The translations under genes and the position numbers were made by a program. DNA of 64,000 bases from an uncultured Methanoregulaceae archaeon (GTDB taxonomy: Archaea > Halobacteriota > Methanomicrobia > Methanomicrobiales > Methanospirillaceae), in contig OY970061.1 in NCBI GenBank assembly GCA_963705255.1, positions 96,001 through 160,000 on the forward strand, read 5' to 3'. The notes beneath the pieces were generated by a model that was not told the origin of the DNA, made no database searches, and saw only the letters and a program-made list of their open reading frames with translations. Numbering within the stretch: position 1 is the stretch's first letter; each line of letters begins with the position of its first letter. Below are positions 1-10,490 of the stretch, one piece after another.

Positions 1-263
1 TCACGAAGCCGCAGGACTGGTACAAACTCACCAACTGTGGGTACGAGGCCCCCGATGACCCGTTCATCGTCAGGGTGCTCGAGCAGAACATCAAGGGGGA
101 GCAGTGCGCCATCAAGACGTACAATGCTTTCATGAAGAAGACAAAGGACAAGGACCCGGTCACGTACAACATGCTCCTCACCATCCTTTCACAGGAGGTG
201 GAGCACGAGGAGGACCTCCAGGCCCTGCTCGAGGATGTCAACGTGATCATGCACTCAAAATAA
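1..263 (+). CDS. Ferritin-like / Dps-like (DpsL) protein, C-terminal part (truncated by window edge)
   Basis: Frame is open from position 3: ...WYKLTNCGYEAPDDP...EQCAIKTY...DPVTYNMLLTILSQEVEHEEDL; ExxH di-iron motif. Confidence 0.8.
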   Translation, partial: TKPQDWYKLTNCGYEAPDDPFIVRVLEQNIKGEQCAIKTYNAFMKKTKDKDPVTYNMLLTILSQEVEHEEDLQALLEDVNVIMHSK

Positions 264-475
264 TCTCTCTTTCTTTTTGGGGACGGTGGATACGTCCGGA
301 TTCTTTACCCGCATGAAAAAAAATTACCCTGCAAAAAAGGGCGGTATCTCCTTCCGCTTCCTTAACGCATGATAAAAACCGGTTATTTTTAAAGAATACC
401 TCCTGGATGCCCATTTTTATATAGTATCCATCGCAATTTCCTTTTATAAAAACGTGTTCCAGGCAGTGATTTTCC

Positions 476-757
476 ATGACAGGTGAACATGTGAACGGGA
501 AGAACGTAGGAAAAGTCGTGCTCTATGCCCTCAGCACCTGTGGCTGGTGCGAAAAAACCAAGCAGCTCCTCCGGACCACCGGAATCGCGTTTGATTTTAT
601 CTATGTTGACCTGCTGGAAGGCGCCGAGCAGGACAATGCGATGGATATCGTCGAGAGATGGAACCCGCACGGTTCGTTTCCCACGCTGGTCATCAACGAT
701 CGGAAATCCATTGTCGGTTTCCGGGAGAAGGAGATCAGGGAGGCACTCGGGTTATGA
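476..757 (+). CDS. Glutaredoxin/NrdH-like protein
   Basis: CGWC active site, FPT cis-Pro loop, IVGF motif. Confidence 0.9.
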   Translation: MTGEHVNGKNVGKVVLYALSTCGWCEKTKQLLRTTGIAFDFIYVDLLEGAEQDNAMDIVERWNPHGSFPTLVINDRKSIVGFREKEIREALGL

Positions 758-1269
758 TCTTCGAAGGAGTGCTGGAGACCGAAGTGGAGAAATTCTACCA
801 GGCACTGAACCGGGAAGCAGAAGCCGGTGGTTACCACCTGAACCCGGATATCGAGTTCACGAAAAATCTGGTCCGCGGCCTGATGAAGAACGAACAGCGC
901 TACGGTTACCGCTCGTGCCCCTGCCGGCTCGCATCCGGCAAACGTGCTGAAGATCTGGATATCATCTGTCCCTGCTATTACCGGGACCCGGATATCACCG
1001 AGTACGGTGCGTGTTATTGTTCCCTGTATGTCAATAATCCAATCAAGGCAGGAGAACAGCTGGTCTTCCCCGTGCCTGAACGCCGCCCCCCCCGCAGCCG
1101 GCGCCTCATCGTCGGGACAGCCCGGACTGCCACGGCAACACCGCTGCCGGTGCTCGCGTTTCCTGTGTGGCGCTGCAAAGTCTGCGGCTACCTCTGCGCC
1201 CGGGAACAGCCTCCGGACGTATGCCCGATCTGCAAGGTTACGAAAGACCGGTTCGAACGCTTCATCTGA
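754..1269 (+). CDS. Ferredoxin:disulfide (thioredoxin) reductase catalytic subunit with C-terminal rubredoxin-like domain
   Basis: CPC...CPC...CYC FTR motifs; WRCKVCGY...CPIC rubredoxin; ATGA overlap with the glutaredoxin stop. Confidence 0.9.
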   Translation: MIFEGVLETEVEKFYQALNREAEAGGYHLNPDIEFTKNLVRGLMKNEQRYGYRSCPCRLASGKRAEDLDIICPCYYRDPDITEYGACYCSLYVNNPIKAGEQLVFPVPERRPPRSRRLIVGTARTATATPLPVLAFPVWRCKVCGYLCAREQPPDVCPICKVTKDRFERFI

Positions 1270-1351
1270 ATTACCGGAATTTTCACCCCTTTTTCCCGGG
1301 GAGAGCCCCGATGACGAACACTAAATAGTGCCCGGATCAACAGTACCTGGT

Positions 1352-1690
1352 ATGGCAGGAACCGTCCGGGTCGAGATCGTCGGCCTGAAGACCTCTGAAT
1401 GCTCCCCCTTTCCCTGTGATGAGGACCGCACGTGTGGCCTGTCGGGCTGCTACCACTCGGGAAAACTTGTCGATGCTTTCAGCGAGCTGAAAAAAGTCCT
1501 CACGGAAACCTATGGTGACCGCGTCGAAGTGAAACTCACCCTGATTGACGACGGTGCTCCCGGTTACATCCGCATGATCATCGAAAAAGAATACCCCCCC
1601 ATCCCCATGGTCCTGGTCAACGGTCGGGTGACGAAGATCGGGAGGATCTCCCTGGACCGGATCAAAAAAGAGATCGAGAAGGAACTTTAA
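1352..1690 (+). CDS. Hypothetical thioredoxin-fold-like protein with N-terminal Cys cluster
   Basis: CSPFPCDEDRTCGLSGC; C-terminal PIPMVLVNGR resembles the Trx-fold cis-Pro strand. Confidence 0.6.
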   Translation: MAGTVRVEIVGLKTSECSPFPCDEDRTCGLSGCYHSGKLVDAFSELKKVLTETYGDRVEVKLTLIDDGAPGYIRMIIEKEYPPIPMVLVNGRVTKIGRISLDRIKKEIEKEL

Positions 1691-2140
1691 ACCGGTTTTT
1701 CCTTTTTTCGGCTCTGGAGAAAACCTATTTTTCAATAAATCAGCTTATCATTTCAGGTGGTTATGAGGAAGCCTGTTCTTTCCTTCGGGAAGAGCGGTCT
1801 CCCCCACTACATCTACAACGAATATCGATGATTTCTCCAAAGTTTTTTTCAATTATGTATCTCTTTGAAACGCGTATAACGGGAAATTTCCGGAATCCAC
1901 CGTTTTACGAACCAGCAGATATTCCGCTGTGCCTTCCCGGTGATTTACCCAAACAGGGAACCGGCTCGCTCGTGACCCGGGAAAAATACGCCCCCCCGCA
2001 GTAAAATGCAGCACCAGTTATATATGGGGGGAGAAATAACCGGTGTAAATCGTTTTCAGAAAACTATCTCCTGATGATCCCGATGTATACAACCCGTTGT
2101 GATTCTCACTTCATCCTCTCCGGAAGAAAGGAGGTGCCGG

Positions 2141-2785
2141 ATGCCGGCCCTGTCGGCATATGCCGATTCTGAACCGTTCAACGAGGACCAGACGCTCCTC
2201 ACGCTCTACGCGCTGGCGGGAGAGGAGAGCGGGGGCTTTGTTACCTTCCGCCCGCACTTCCTCCACCGGATCGGGAAGGCGTTCTTTGACGGTGGTGCTG
2301 TCCCTGCCCCCCTCGGGGTCGTCGGTTCAGCCGAAGTCAGGGAGCTCTCGGAGGAGGAGATGGCTAGGGCTGAACGCGAACTCTGGATCCATTACCACCA
2401 GCAGAAAGCAGACCACCGGAACGACCGCCTCTTTGCAGCGTTCGCCGGGACCAAGCTCATCGGGGTGGCCCGCTGTGCCCGGCACCCCGACGGGCTCGAA
2501 GTGGACGCGGTGTATGTGCTCGACGAATACCGGCGGCAGGGGTTTGCCCGCTCGGTTATGGCACTACTTGTCGGGGAATGCGGGAAGAACGACACCCTCT
2601 ACATGCACTCGAAACTTGAACTCGTGGACTTTTACGGGAGCCTCGGGTTCCACCCTATCCGCGAGGCCGAGCTCCCGAAGTCCATCCGTGAGCGGTTCAG
2701 TTTTGCGCTCGGCAACCTCGGGGGGCTCGATGTCCTGCCGATGAAACGTGATGCAGGGGCAGTCCCTGCAACGGAAAATACCTGA
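2141..2785 (+). CDS. GNAT family N-acetyltransferase
   Basis: VYVLDEYRRQGFA acetyl-CoA motif A; FYGSLGF motif B; GGAGG RBS upstream. Confidence 0.85.
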   Translation: MPALSAYADSEPFNEDQTLLTLYALAGEESGGFVTFRPHFLHRIGKAFFDGGAVPAPLGVVGSAEVRELSEEEMARAERELWIHYHQQKADHRNDRLFAAFAGTKLIGVARCARHPDGLEVDAVYVLDEYRRQGFARSVMALLVGECGKNDTLYMHSKLELVDFYGSLGFHPIREAELPKSIRERFSFALGNLGGLDVLPMKRDAGAVPATENT

Positions 2786-2872
2786 AGGGAGACAGATGGT
2801 GGCGGGGTACTGCATTAGGGATGGAAAGAGGGACGCCCGGCGTTCACTGCCACAGGAGAACGGGGGAATACG

Positions 2873-4818
2873 ATGATTCCCGAGATCTTTTATATCGCTC
2901 TCGCGCTGCTGTTCCTGGGTTTTGTCGTTCCCCTGATTTTCGCGCAGCACGATCGCCGGGTCATCCGGACGTTCTCCCTCACCTGCACCTTCTGCGCATC
3001 AATCCTGCTGGGTTTTGTCGCGCTGGACGTCCTTGCCGGCGGCGGCACCCTTGCATTTGTTGGTTACCAGCCCGTTGCCGGGATCTCCTTCGCGTTCACG
3101 GTCGACCGGCTCGCAGCGTTCTTCATCCTGGTTATCGCGCTCGTTTCAGGGTGCGTGGCGATCTACTCGTATGAATATACCGAACACCTCTCCGGAGAGT
3201 CGCGGAGGAACCTCCTCTGCGGCTGTACAAACCTCTTCATTCTTGCGATGGTCCTCGTCGTCGCCTCGGCCACGACGCTCTCCTTCCTCCTCTTCTGGGA
3301 GCTGATGGCGGGTGCATCGTTCTTCCTTGTCATGTACGAGTACCCGGGAACCCGAGACCCGGAAGGCCGGCATCTTCTATCTCGTGATGACCCAGCTCTC
3401 CACGCTCTTCGTCTTCCTCGGCATCATTGCCCTCTACGAGCAGACCGGGTCGTTTGCCATCGCCCCCTTGGGAGCTGCAGCCTCGCCCCTCGTTACGGCG
3501 GCTTTCCTCTCCCTCTTTCTGGGGTTCTCCATCAAGGGCGGCATCATCCCGTTCCACAAGTGGCTCCCGTACGCCCATCCCGCAAGCCCGTCGCCGATCT
3601 CCGCGCTGATGTCGGGCGTGATGCTGAAGATTGCGGTTTACGGGTTGATCCGGTTCCTCCTCGGTGTCTTCACCCCGGACCTTTGGTGGGGTGTCCTGAT
3701 CCTCGCTGCAGGCACCGCTTCCGCAGTCCTCGGGGTGATCTACTCCCTGAAGGAGCACGATATCAAAGGGATGCTCGCCTACTCGAGCATCGAGAACATC
3801 GGGATCATCTTCATCGGCACCGGGCTCTTTGTGATCTTCACCGAATACCACCTCCCCCAGCTCGCCCTGATCAGCCTCCTCGGTGCGCTCTTCCATTCCC
3901 TGAACCATGCGCTGTTCAAGAGCCTCCTCTTCCTCACCTCGGGCTCGGTTATCCACGCCACCCGTACGCGGGACATCGAGCAGATGGGAGGCCTCGCCCA
4001 CCGGATGCCGTATACCTCGGCCCTGTTCTTCATCGGGGCCCTCGCGATCGCCGCCCTCCCCCCGCTCAACGGGTTTGCAAGCGAGGTCCTCATCTTCATC
4101 TCGTTCTTCTCGTCCGTGGCACTTGTCGATCCGTTCTTCAAGGTGCTGCTCTTCATCTGCCTCTCCCTGTTCGCCCTGACGAGCGCACTCTCGGCAGCCT
4201 GTTTTGTCAAGGCCTACGGCTCCATCTTCCTCGCCCTCCCCCGCTCCCCGGAAAGTGCCGGAGCCCGGGAAGTGCCTGCGGCGATGATCGCCGGACCCGC
4301 GATCCTCGCTGCAGCGTGTGTATTCCTTGGCCTCTTCGCATTCCAGATCTTCTCCCTGTCGGGCTTTCCGGTCCCCATGCCGGACATGCTGCTCGTCGGC
4401 CTCCTCCTCCTCGTGATGGCAGCGCTTGCGTACGGGGCCCTGCACTTCGGGGCTTCCCGCGGGGTCAGGATCTCCGAGACATGGGGATGCGGCACCCCCT
4501 CGCAGCGGTCGTCCACGGAATACAGCGGTCACGGGTTTTCGGAACCTATTGATGTCATCTTCTCGACCATCTACCGCACCCGGATCAGGAACGAGCGGAC
4601 ATTCTTCGACGGACAAAACTGCATCTTCCGGGAAGGGACCGCGGAGATCCGGCTCATGAAAGTCTTTGAAGAGGTACTTCTACCTGCCTGTGGCGCGGGC
4701 CTCCTGCCGGGCCGCGGCTGTGCTTTCAAGGCTCCAGAACGGCTGTCTCGACACGTACCTCCTGTACGTCTTTGTCACGGTCATTGCCATCATCCTCTTC
4801 CTCGGGTGGTTTGCATGA
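2873..4818 (+). CDS. hyfB: Hydrogenase-4 component B / EhrA-like antiporter-type membrane subunit (two +1 frameshifts near 3344 and 4673, probably sequencing errors)
   Basis: FWELM, PFHKWLPYAHPASPSPISALMSG, LAYSSIENIG, WGCG motifs across frames; corrected C-terminus ...LQNGCLDTYLLYVFVTVIAIILFLGWFA*. Confidence 0.85.
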
Positions 4819-5756
4819 ACCTGTCGTTCGTCCTGTACCTCGTGGTGAACACGCTCCTTGTGCTCGCGATCTCCCCGCTCTTTGTCAGCCTCATCAAAAA
4901 GGTGAAGGCGTGGACGCAGGGGAGGAACGGCCCGTCAGTCTTCCAGACCTACTTCACGCTGGCAAAACTCGCAAAAAAGGAGGTCATTTACTCCCCCCAC
5001 GCCTCGGCCATCATGCGTGTCACGCCGATCGTGAACATCGCGGCAGTCCTCGTCGCCGCCCTCTTCGTCCCCCTCGTCTTTGTCCCTGAACCGGTGGGGG
5101 GCATCGGCAACATCATCCTCCTGCTCTACCTCCTCGCCCTTGCCAAGTTCTTCATGGCCCTCGCCGGGCTCGACGCGGGGAGTTCCTTCGGCGGCATGGG
5201 CAGTTCGCGGGAGATGAGCATCTCGGCCATCATCGAACCCACGACCATCATCGTCTTTGCCGCCCTCGTCTTCGTCTTCAGGACACTCAACGTCTTCGAC
5301 ATGTTTGTGGCATCCGCTGCTGCCGGCACGCTTTCGACGCCGACGCTGATCCTGATCGGGATCTCCCTCTTCATCATCCTCATCGTCGAGACTTCCCGTA
5401 TACCGGTCGACAACCCGGAGACGCACCTGGAACTGACTATGATCCACGAAGGGATGATCCTCGAGCAGTCGGGGCGCAACCTTACCCTGATGGAGCTCTC
5501 GTCCGCGGTGAAGCTGACGCTCCTGATGGCGCTCCTCATCAACCTGGTCGTCCCGTACGGGCTTGCGACCAGCGTCACCGCTGCCGGCATCCTTGCAGCA
5601 GTGGTCCTCTTCATCATCAAAGGCTCCGTTCTTGCAGGGATCACCGGGCTCTTCGAATCCTCCATGGCCAAGATGCGGTTCTTCCGGCTCCCCAGCCTGT
5701 TTGCCATGGCATTCTTCTTCTCCACCCTGATCATCATCATCGAGGTGTTCGCATGA
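4815..5756 (+). CDS. hyfC: Hydrogenase-4 component C / NuoH-like membrane subunit
   Basis: QGRNGP, FGGMGSSRE, RIPVDNPETHLELTMIHE; ATGA overlap with upstream gene. Confidence 0.9.
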   Translation: MNLSFVLYLVVNTLLVLAISPLFVSLIKKVKAWTQGRNGPSVFQTYFTLAKLAKKEVIYSPHASAIMRVTPIVNIAAVLVAALFVPLVFVPEPVGGIGNIILLLYLLALAKFFMALAGLDAGSSFGGMGSSREMSISAIIEPTTIIVFAALVFVFRTLNVFDMFVASAAAGTLSTPTLILIGISLFIILIVETSRIPVDNPETHLELTMIHEGMILEQSGRNLTLMELSSAVKLTLLMALLINLVVPYGLATSVTAAGILAAVVLFIIKGSVLAGITGLFESSMAKMRFFRLPSLFAMAFFFSTLIIIIEVFA

Positions 5757-6445
5757 TCGACCCGGCCTATATCCAGGGTATCGTCAGGATCCTGTTCGTC
5801 ATCGTGATCATCACGGCAGCCTATATCATCTCTACCCGCAACCTGCTCTCGGTCGTCTCCGTCTATGCCCTCCAGTCTCTGACGCTCGTCTGCATCGCGC
5901 TCGCCCTCTGGTCGCTCGAAGGGACGACCGTCCTCCTTGCCATCGCGGTCCTCACGTTTGTCACCAAGGTACTGGTCATCCCCTACTTCATCGCTGCCAT
6001 CCAGGAGCGGGTGCGGATCAAGCGGGACATCGAGTTCCATTACCTGAGCCCGACGACCTCGCTCCTCCTCTCGATGGGCCTGATGCTGGTCATTTACATC
6101 GCGCTCTCGAGGATCCTGCAGGGGACACCAGCTCGGGAGAGCCTCTTCTTCTTCGGTGCCGTCCTTGGGATCTCCCTGATGCTGATGGGGATGATGGTGA
6201 CCTTCTCGAGAAAACGTGCCATCACCAAGGTGCTGGGCTACCTTTCCATGGAGAACGGGGTGCTGCTCTTCGGCATGTTCGTCACCGAACTGCCGTTCAT
6301 CATCGAGTTTTTGATCATCATCGACCTGATCATCCTCGTCCTCCTGACCACCATCCTGACGGTTGGGATCGACTCGACGCTCGAGGACTACCACAAACGG
6401 CTGCACCGCTTCCACCTCCTTGAAGAGATGGAGGAGACACCATGA
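5753..6445 (+). CDS. hyfE: Hydrogenase-4 component E-like membrane subunit
   Basis: Multi-TM; YALQS, KVLVIP, GYLSMENG motifs; operon position. Confidence 0.85.
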   Translation: MIDPAYIQGIVRILFVIVIITAAYIISTRNLLSVVSVYALQSLTLVCIALALWSLEGTTVLLAIAVLTFVTKVLVIPYFIAAIQERVRIKRDIEFHYLSPTTSLLLSMGLMLVIYIALSRILQGTPARESLFFFGAVLGISLMLMGMMVTFSRKRAITKVLGYLSMENGVLLFGMFVTELPFIIEFLIIIDLIILVLLTTILTVGIDSTLEDYHKRLHRFHLLEEMEETP

Positions 6446-7920
6446 TCCTGGAAGCATCTGTCCTCACGGCGGTCTGTGCACTTGTCATGGTAGCCGCAAG
6501 CCGCACCCACCGGCAGATGAATGCAGTCTGCATCCTTGAGGGGGTCCTGTTCCTGGTGCTGGCAGGCTTCGTCCTCCTGTCAGGGATCCCGGTATCGTCC
6601 TTCATTGTCCGCAGCCAGTATTTCTTCATCGACCACCTCGGCATCTACGAAGTGCTGATCACGGCTGTGGTCTTCACCCTCGCCGCGGTCTATGCCCGGG
6701 GGTATGTCGAGGGACTGCTCGAGAGCAGGGAACTCGGGAAAGGGAGCCTCAGGCTCTTCTACGCGGCGTGGGCCCTCCTCCTCCCCATCATCGTCCTTGC
6801 GTTCTTCTCGGACAACCTCGCCCTCTTCTGGATCTTTGCCGAGCTGACCACGGTCATCTCCGCCATGCTCGTCGCGATCCTCTATGCCCGGGAGAACATC
6901 GACGCTGCCGTCAAGTACATCTTCATTGCATCGGTCTCGATGCTCTTCTCGTTCGTCGGGCTGATCTTCCTCTTCGAGATCTCCCGCACTGCGACGGGGA
7001 GCGGCACCCTGAACTGGACTGCCCTGATCCAGCAGGCCCCCTCGTTCCCGGCGGGCATGATGGTAGCCGCGTTCGCCCTCGTCTTTGTCGGGTTTGCCGC
7101 AAAGTGCGGTATCTTCCCGTTCCATACCTGGCTCCCGGAAGCCCATGCCAAGGCGCCCTCCGCCGTCAGCGCCGTCCTCTCGGGAGTCCTCCTGAACGTG
7201 GGGATGTACGGTATCATCCGCGTCTTTGCCATCGTCCACCAGACCCCGGCCGTCTCCACGGTCGCCCCGCTGATTGCCCTCTTCGGGCTCTTTACCGTCG
7301 GCATTGCCGCGGTCTCCATGCTGGGCGAGAAGAACCTCAAGAAACTGGTGGCGTTCTCGAGCGTGGAGAACATGGGCATCCTGCTCCTCGGCATCGCGGT
7401 CGCCACACCCCTGGCCATCTTCTGGGTCCTCTTCCACGTCATGGCCCACTCCTTCACAAAAGCCTCCCTCTTCTTCTCGGCAGGGATCCTCCACCGCCAG
7501 TACCGGAGCCCGCTCTCGAGCGATGCTGCCGACGAGATCCGGGACGTCTTCCGGCTCCAGCCGCTTGCCGCCTGGGGCATCATCATCGGCGGGCTTGCTA
7601 TCACCGGCATGCCTCTCTTCCCGATCTTCTTCTCCAAGCTCTTCATCCTGCTCCAGATCGGCACGGTCTCACTCTGGGAGGTACTGATAGTCCTTGTCCT
7701 GCTCTTCATCGCGGCCTCGGCACTCGGGTACTACGTGATCACAACTTTTACTCAGGTGTCGTCCCCAGAACATCCGACTGATATCCGGCAGTACCCTACT
7801 CCTTCCGGCATGAAGGTGCCCGTCATCGTCCTGCTCTGCATTATCCTCGTCCTCGGGATAGTCTTTACCAATGGGGAAGTGACATTCCTCAATCAGATCG
7901 TCGCGGAGCTGAGGTTCTGA
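6442..7920 (+). CDS. hyfF: Hydrogenase-4 component F-like antiporter-type membrane subunit
   Basis: WIFAELTT, PFHTWLPEAHAKAPSAVSAVLSG, AFSSVENMG. Confidence 0.9.
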   Translation: MILEASVLTAVCALVMVAASRTHRQMNAVCILEGVLFLVLAGFVLLSGIPVSSFIVRSQYFFIDHLGIYEVLITAVVFTLAAVYARGYVEGLLESRELGKGSLRLFYAAWALLLPIIVLAFFSDNLALFWIFAELTTVISAMLVAILYARENIDAAVKYIFIASVSMLFSFVGLIFLFEISRTATGSGTLNWTALIQQAPSFPAGMMVAAFALVFVGFAAKCGIFPFHTWLPEAHAKAPSAVSAVLSGVLLNVGMYGIIRVFAIVHQTPAVSTVAPLIALFGLFTVGIAAVSMLGEKNLKKLVAFSSVENMGILLLGIAVATPLAIFWVLFHVMAHSFTKASLFFSAGILHRQYRSPLSSDAADEIRDVFRLQPLAAWGIIIGGLAITGMPLFPIFFSKLFILLQIGTVSLWEVLIVLVLLFIAASALGYYVITTFTQVSSPEHPTDIRQYPTPSGMKVPVIVLLCIILVLGIVFTNGEVTFLNQIVAELRF

Positions 7921-9501
7921 TGACAACCGACGAGACTCCTGATATCGCAGACGTTCGCCATCTCCTGGGGCCCGGAGGGGCGTCCCTGCAGATAGACCGG
8001 GGGTGCAACGGTGAATATTACGTGGCTCCCGGTGAACGCGGGTTCCTGCAGGTTATTACAAACCTCGCTGCCCGCAAGTGCGTCCTGATCGGCCTGTTCT
8101 GTGTGGAAGGGTTCTCCGCATCAGCACGGTTCTCGCTCTTCTATGTCTTCGAGAAGAAGACCCGGGTTATCATCCTCATCCGGGACTGCGATGGGAGGAC
8201 CAGTTCGGTTGCCCGGATCTTCCCTTCCGCCTCCTGGTTCGAGCGCGAGTGCCGGGACGGGTTCGGCGTTGAGTTCGACGGTGCCTTCGATACGAGGAGG
8301 CTCTTCCTCCACGAGACCTATCCCGACGGTTTCCACCCGCTGGCCAGGTCGTTCCGGAACGGCCCCCTTGTCACCCGGCAATCCGTTGACCCCGCGGATG
8401 AATACCCGTTCAGGAATGTCAGCGGCGAAGGCGTGTACCAGGTACCGGTTGGCCCGGTCCACGCGGGTATCATCGAGCCGGGGCATTTCCGGTTCAGCGT
8501 GATCGGCGAGACCATCTTCAACCTCGAGGTCCGCATGTTCTACACGCACCGCGGGATCGAGAAACTCGCGGAGGGGAAGACCCCGCAGGAGTCCGTCAGA
8601 GTCGCCGAGGCGGTGAGCGGCGACGAGTCGGTGGCAAACGCGGTGGCATTCTGCCTCGCGGTCGAGAAGATCTCCGGCACTCCTGTACCGGAACGGGCCT
8701 GGTACCTCAGGACCATCCTCCTCGAGATGGAGAGGATCTGCTCGCACCTCGGGGACCAGGCCGGCATGCTGGTCGATGTCGCCTTCCCGCTCGGGGCCGC
8801 CCAGTTCTCCGTCCTCCGGGAGGACGTCTTCCGCATGAACGCCCGGCTCGACCGGCTCGCGGTTCATGCGGGGGGTGATCGTACCCGGCGGGCTTGCACA
8901 GGATGCCAGTAAGGCGGACCTCTCCGCGCTTGCGGCATTCACCCGGCAGTTCCGGAAGCGCTACCGGGTCGGCCTGAAGATCGTCCTCTCCACCACGTCC
9001 GTGATCGACCGCTTCGCGACGACCGGTGTGATCAGGAAGCACCTGCTGCGCCCGCTCAATATCACCGGTCCAGCGGCGCGGGCTTCCGGGGGCAGGGTCG
9101 ACGTACGGGTCAACCACCCGTACGGCATCTATGACCGCTTCGCCCCGGCCATGAAACCGCTCAACGACGGGGACGTCCTCTCGCGGTTCACGGTGAAAGC
9201 AGCCGAGATCCTCGACTCGCTCGACCTAGTCGACCGGCTGCTTGCCCAGGTGCCCGAAGGCCCGGTGAAGGGCGACGTGGCGGTCGGCGACGGGTATGCA
9301 CTGGCACTCGTGGAATCGGCCCGGGGGCAGAATCTCTGCTGGGTGCGGGTCAGGGACGGGCTCATCGACCGGTACAAGGTGAGGACCGCCTCGTTCTGCA
9401 ACTGGCAGGCTATCGAACACGCGGTGCAGGGGAACATCGTCCCGGATTTCCCCGTCATCAACAAGAGCCTGAACCTGTCCTATGCCGGGACGGACCTGTG
9501 A
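7920..9501 (+). CDS. hyfG: Ehr large subunit (NuoC/D-like, HyfG/HycE family) lacking NiFe-binding Cys; +1 frameshift near 8850
   Basis: WFERE, VGPVHAGIIEPGHFRF, YTHRGIEK, VESARG, DFPVINKSLNLSYAGTDL; both CxxC motifs absent. Confidence 0.85.
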
Positions 9502-9510
9502 GGTGGAGCG

Positions 9511-10035
9511 ATGGTCAACGCATTCTCCTGTTTTATCAAGAAGAAAGTGACCGAAGAGGGGCCGGCCCGGGACGGGGAGATTGAGATACTGGGCCGGAAG
9601 ATCCGGCGCTCGGTCGACGCGGTCTTCGGACGGAGCCTTGCCATCCGCGAGCTGGACGCGGGCAGCGACAACGCGGCCGAGATCGAGATTAACAACCTGA
9701 ACAACCCGTATTACGATGTCGAGCGGTTCGGCATCACCTTTGTCGCATCCCCCCGGCACGCGGACGTGCTGATCATCACGGGCGCCGTGACCCACAACAT
9801 GGCGATTGCCGCGAAGAAGACCTACGATGCGATGCCTTCCCCGAAATTTGTCGTTGCTGTCGGGGACGATGCCTGTGATGGCGGGATCTATCGGGACACG
9901 TATGCCGTGCTTGGCGGGGCGGACCGGCTGCTGCCCGTAGACCTGAAGATCCCGGGTAACCCGCCCACACCCGTGCAGATCCTTGAAGGGCTGCTGGCAC
10001 TGATGAGGAAGGCGGGAGAGAAAGACCGGGACTGA
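9511..10035 (+). CDS. hyfI: Ehr small subunit (NuoB/HyfI/HycG family), Fe-S ligands substituted
   Basis: YYDVERFGITFVASPRHADVLIITG, PKFVVAVG, IPGxPPTP. Confidence 0.85.
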   Translation: MVNAFSCFIKKKVTEEGPARDGEIEILGRKIRRSVDAVFGRSLAIRELDAGSDNAAEIEINNLNNPYYDVERFGITFVASPRHADVLIITGAVTHNMAIAAKKTYDAMPSPKFVVAVGDDACDGGIYRDTYAVLGGADRLLPVDLKIPGNPPTPVQILEGLLALMRKAGEKDRD

Positions 10036-10490
10036 TGCTCCTCCCTTTTGATAGGCAAAGGTCTCCGGGTGTTCCTCTCCTGTGCGGACACCTTCGATCC
10101 GGTCCACGCGGACGACGAGGGCTTCCACTGCCAGTACGACATCTCTTCATTCAGCCCGAGCCGGTTCAGCCGTAAAATACATAGGAGATTATGGTAATAT
10201 ATACCTCTCAATCTAAAATATAGTCATCATTCGAAAAATAAATATCCCTCTCAATTCCATACCTGATCGGAAAACAGGAATCACCGGATTTTCTTTCTCA
10301 GGGAGATGGAGAATCAGGGAGATAGAGAATCCTGAACCCGGATCTTTCCAGCGTAACCATGACTCAGTGAGGATCACCCATGCCCACACAATCCTGTCAG
10401 CAGGACTCAGGAGATAACGATCGTCCAATACCTGCAGGCTCCGGTACCAGAACAACGAATAACCGTACATCCGGTTCCCTGCCATTGGAC

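Noticed and set aside
3312-5756. 814-aa HyfB-HyfC fusion ORF
   Set aside because: Artefact of a +1 insertion near 4673; correction gives a normal HyfB stop at 4818 overlapping the HyfC ATG.
2873-10035. Functional [NiFe] hydrogenase-4 / formate hydrogenlyase
   Set aside because: NiFe CxxC motifs are absent, and there are no maturation or fdh genes in the window.
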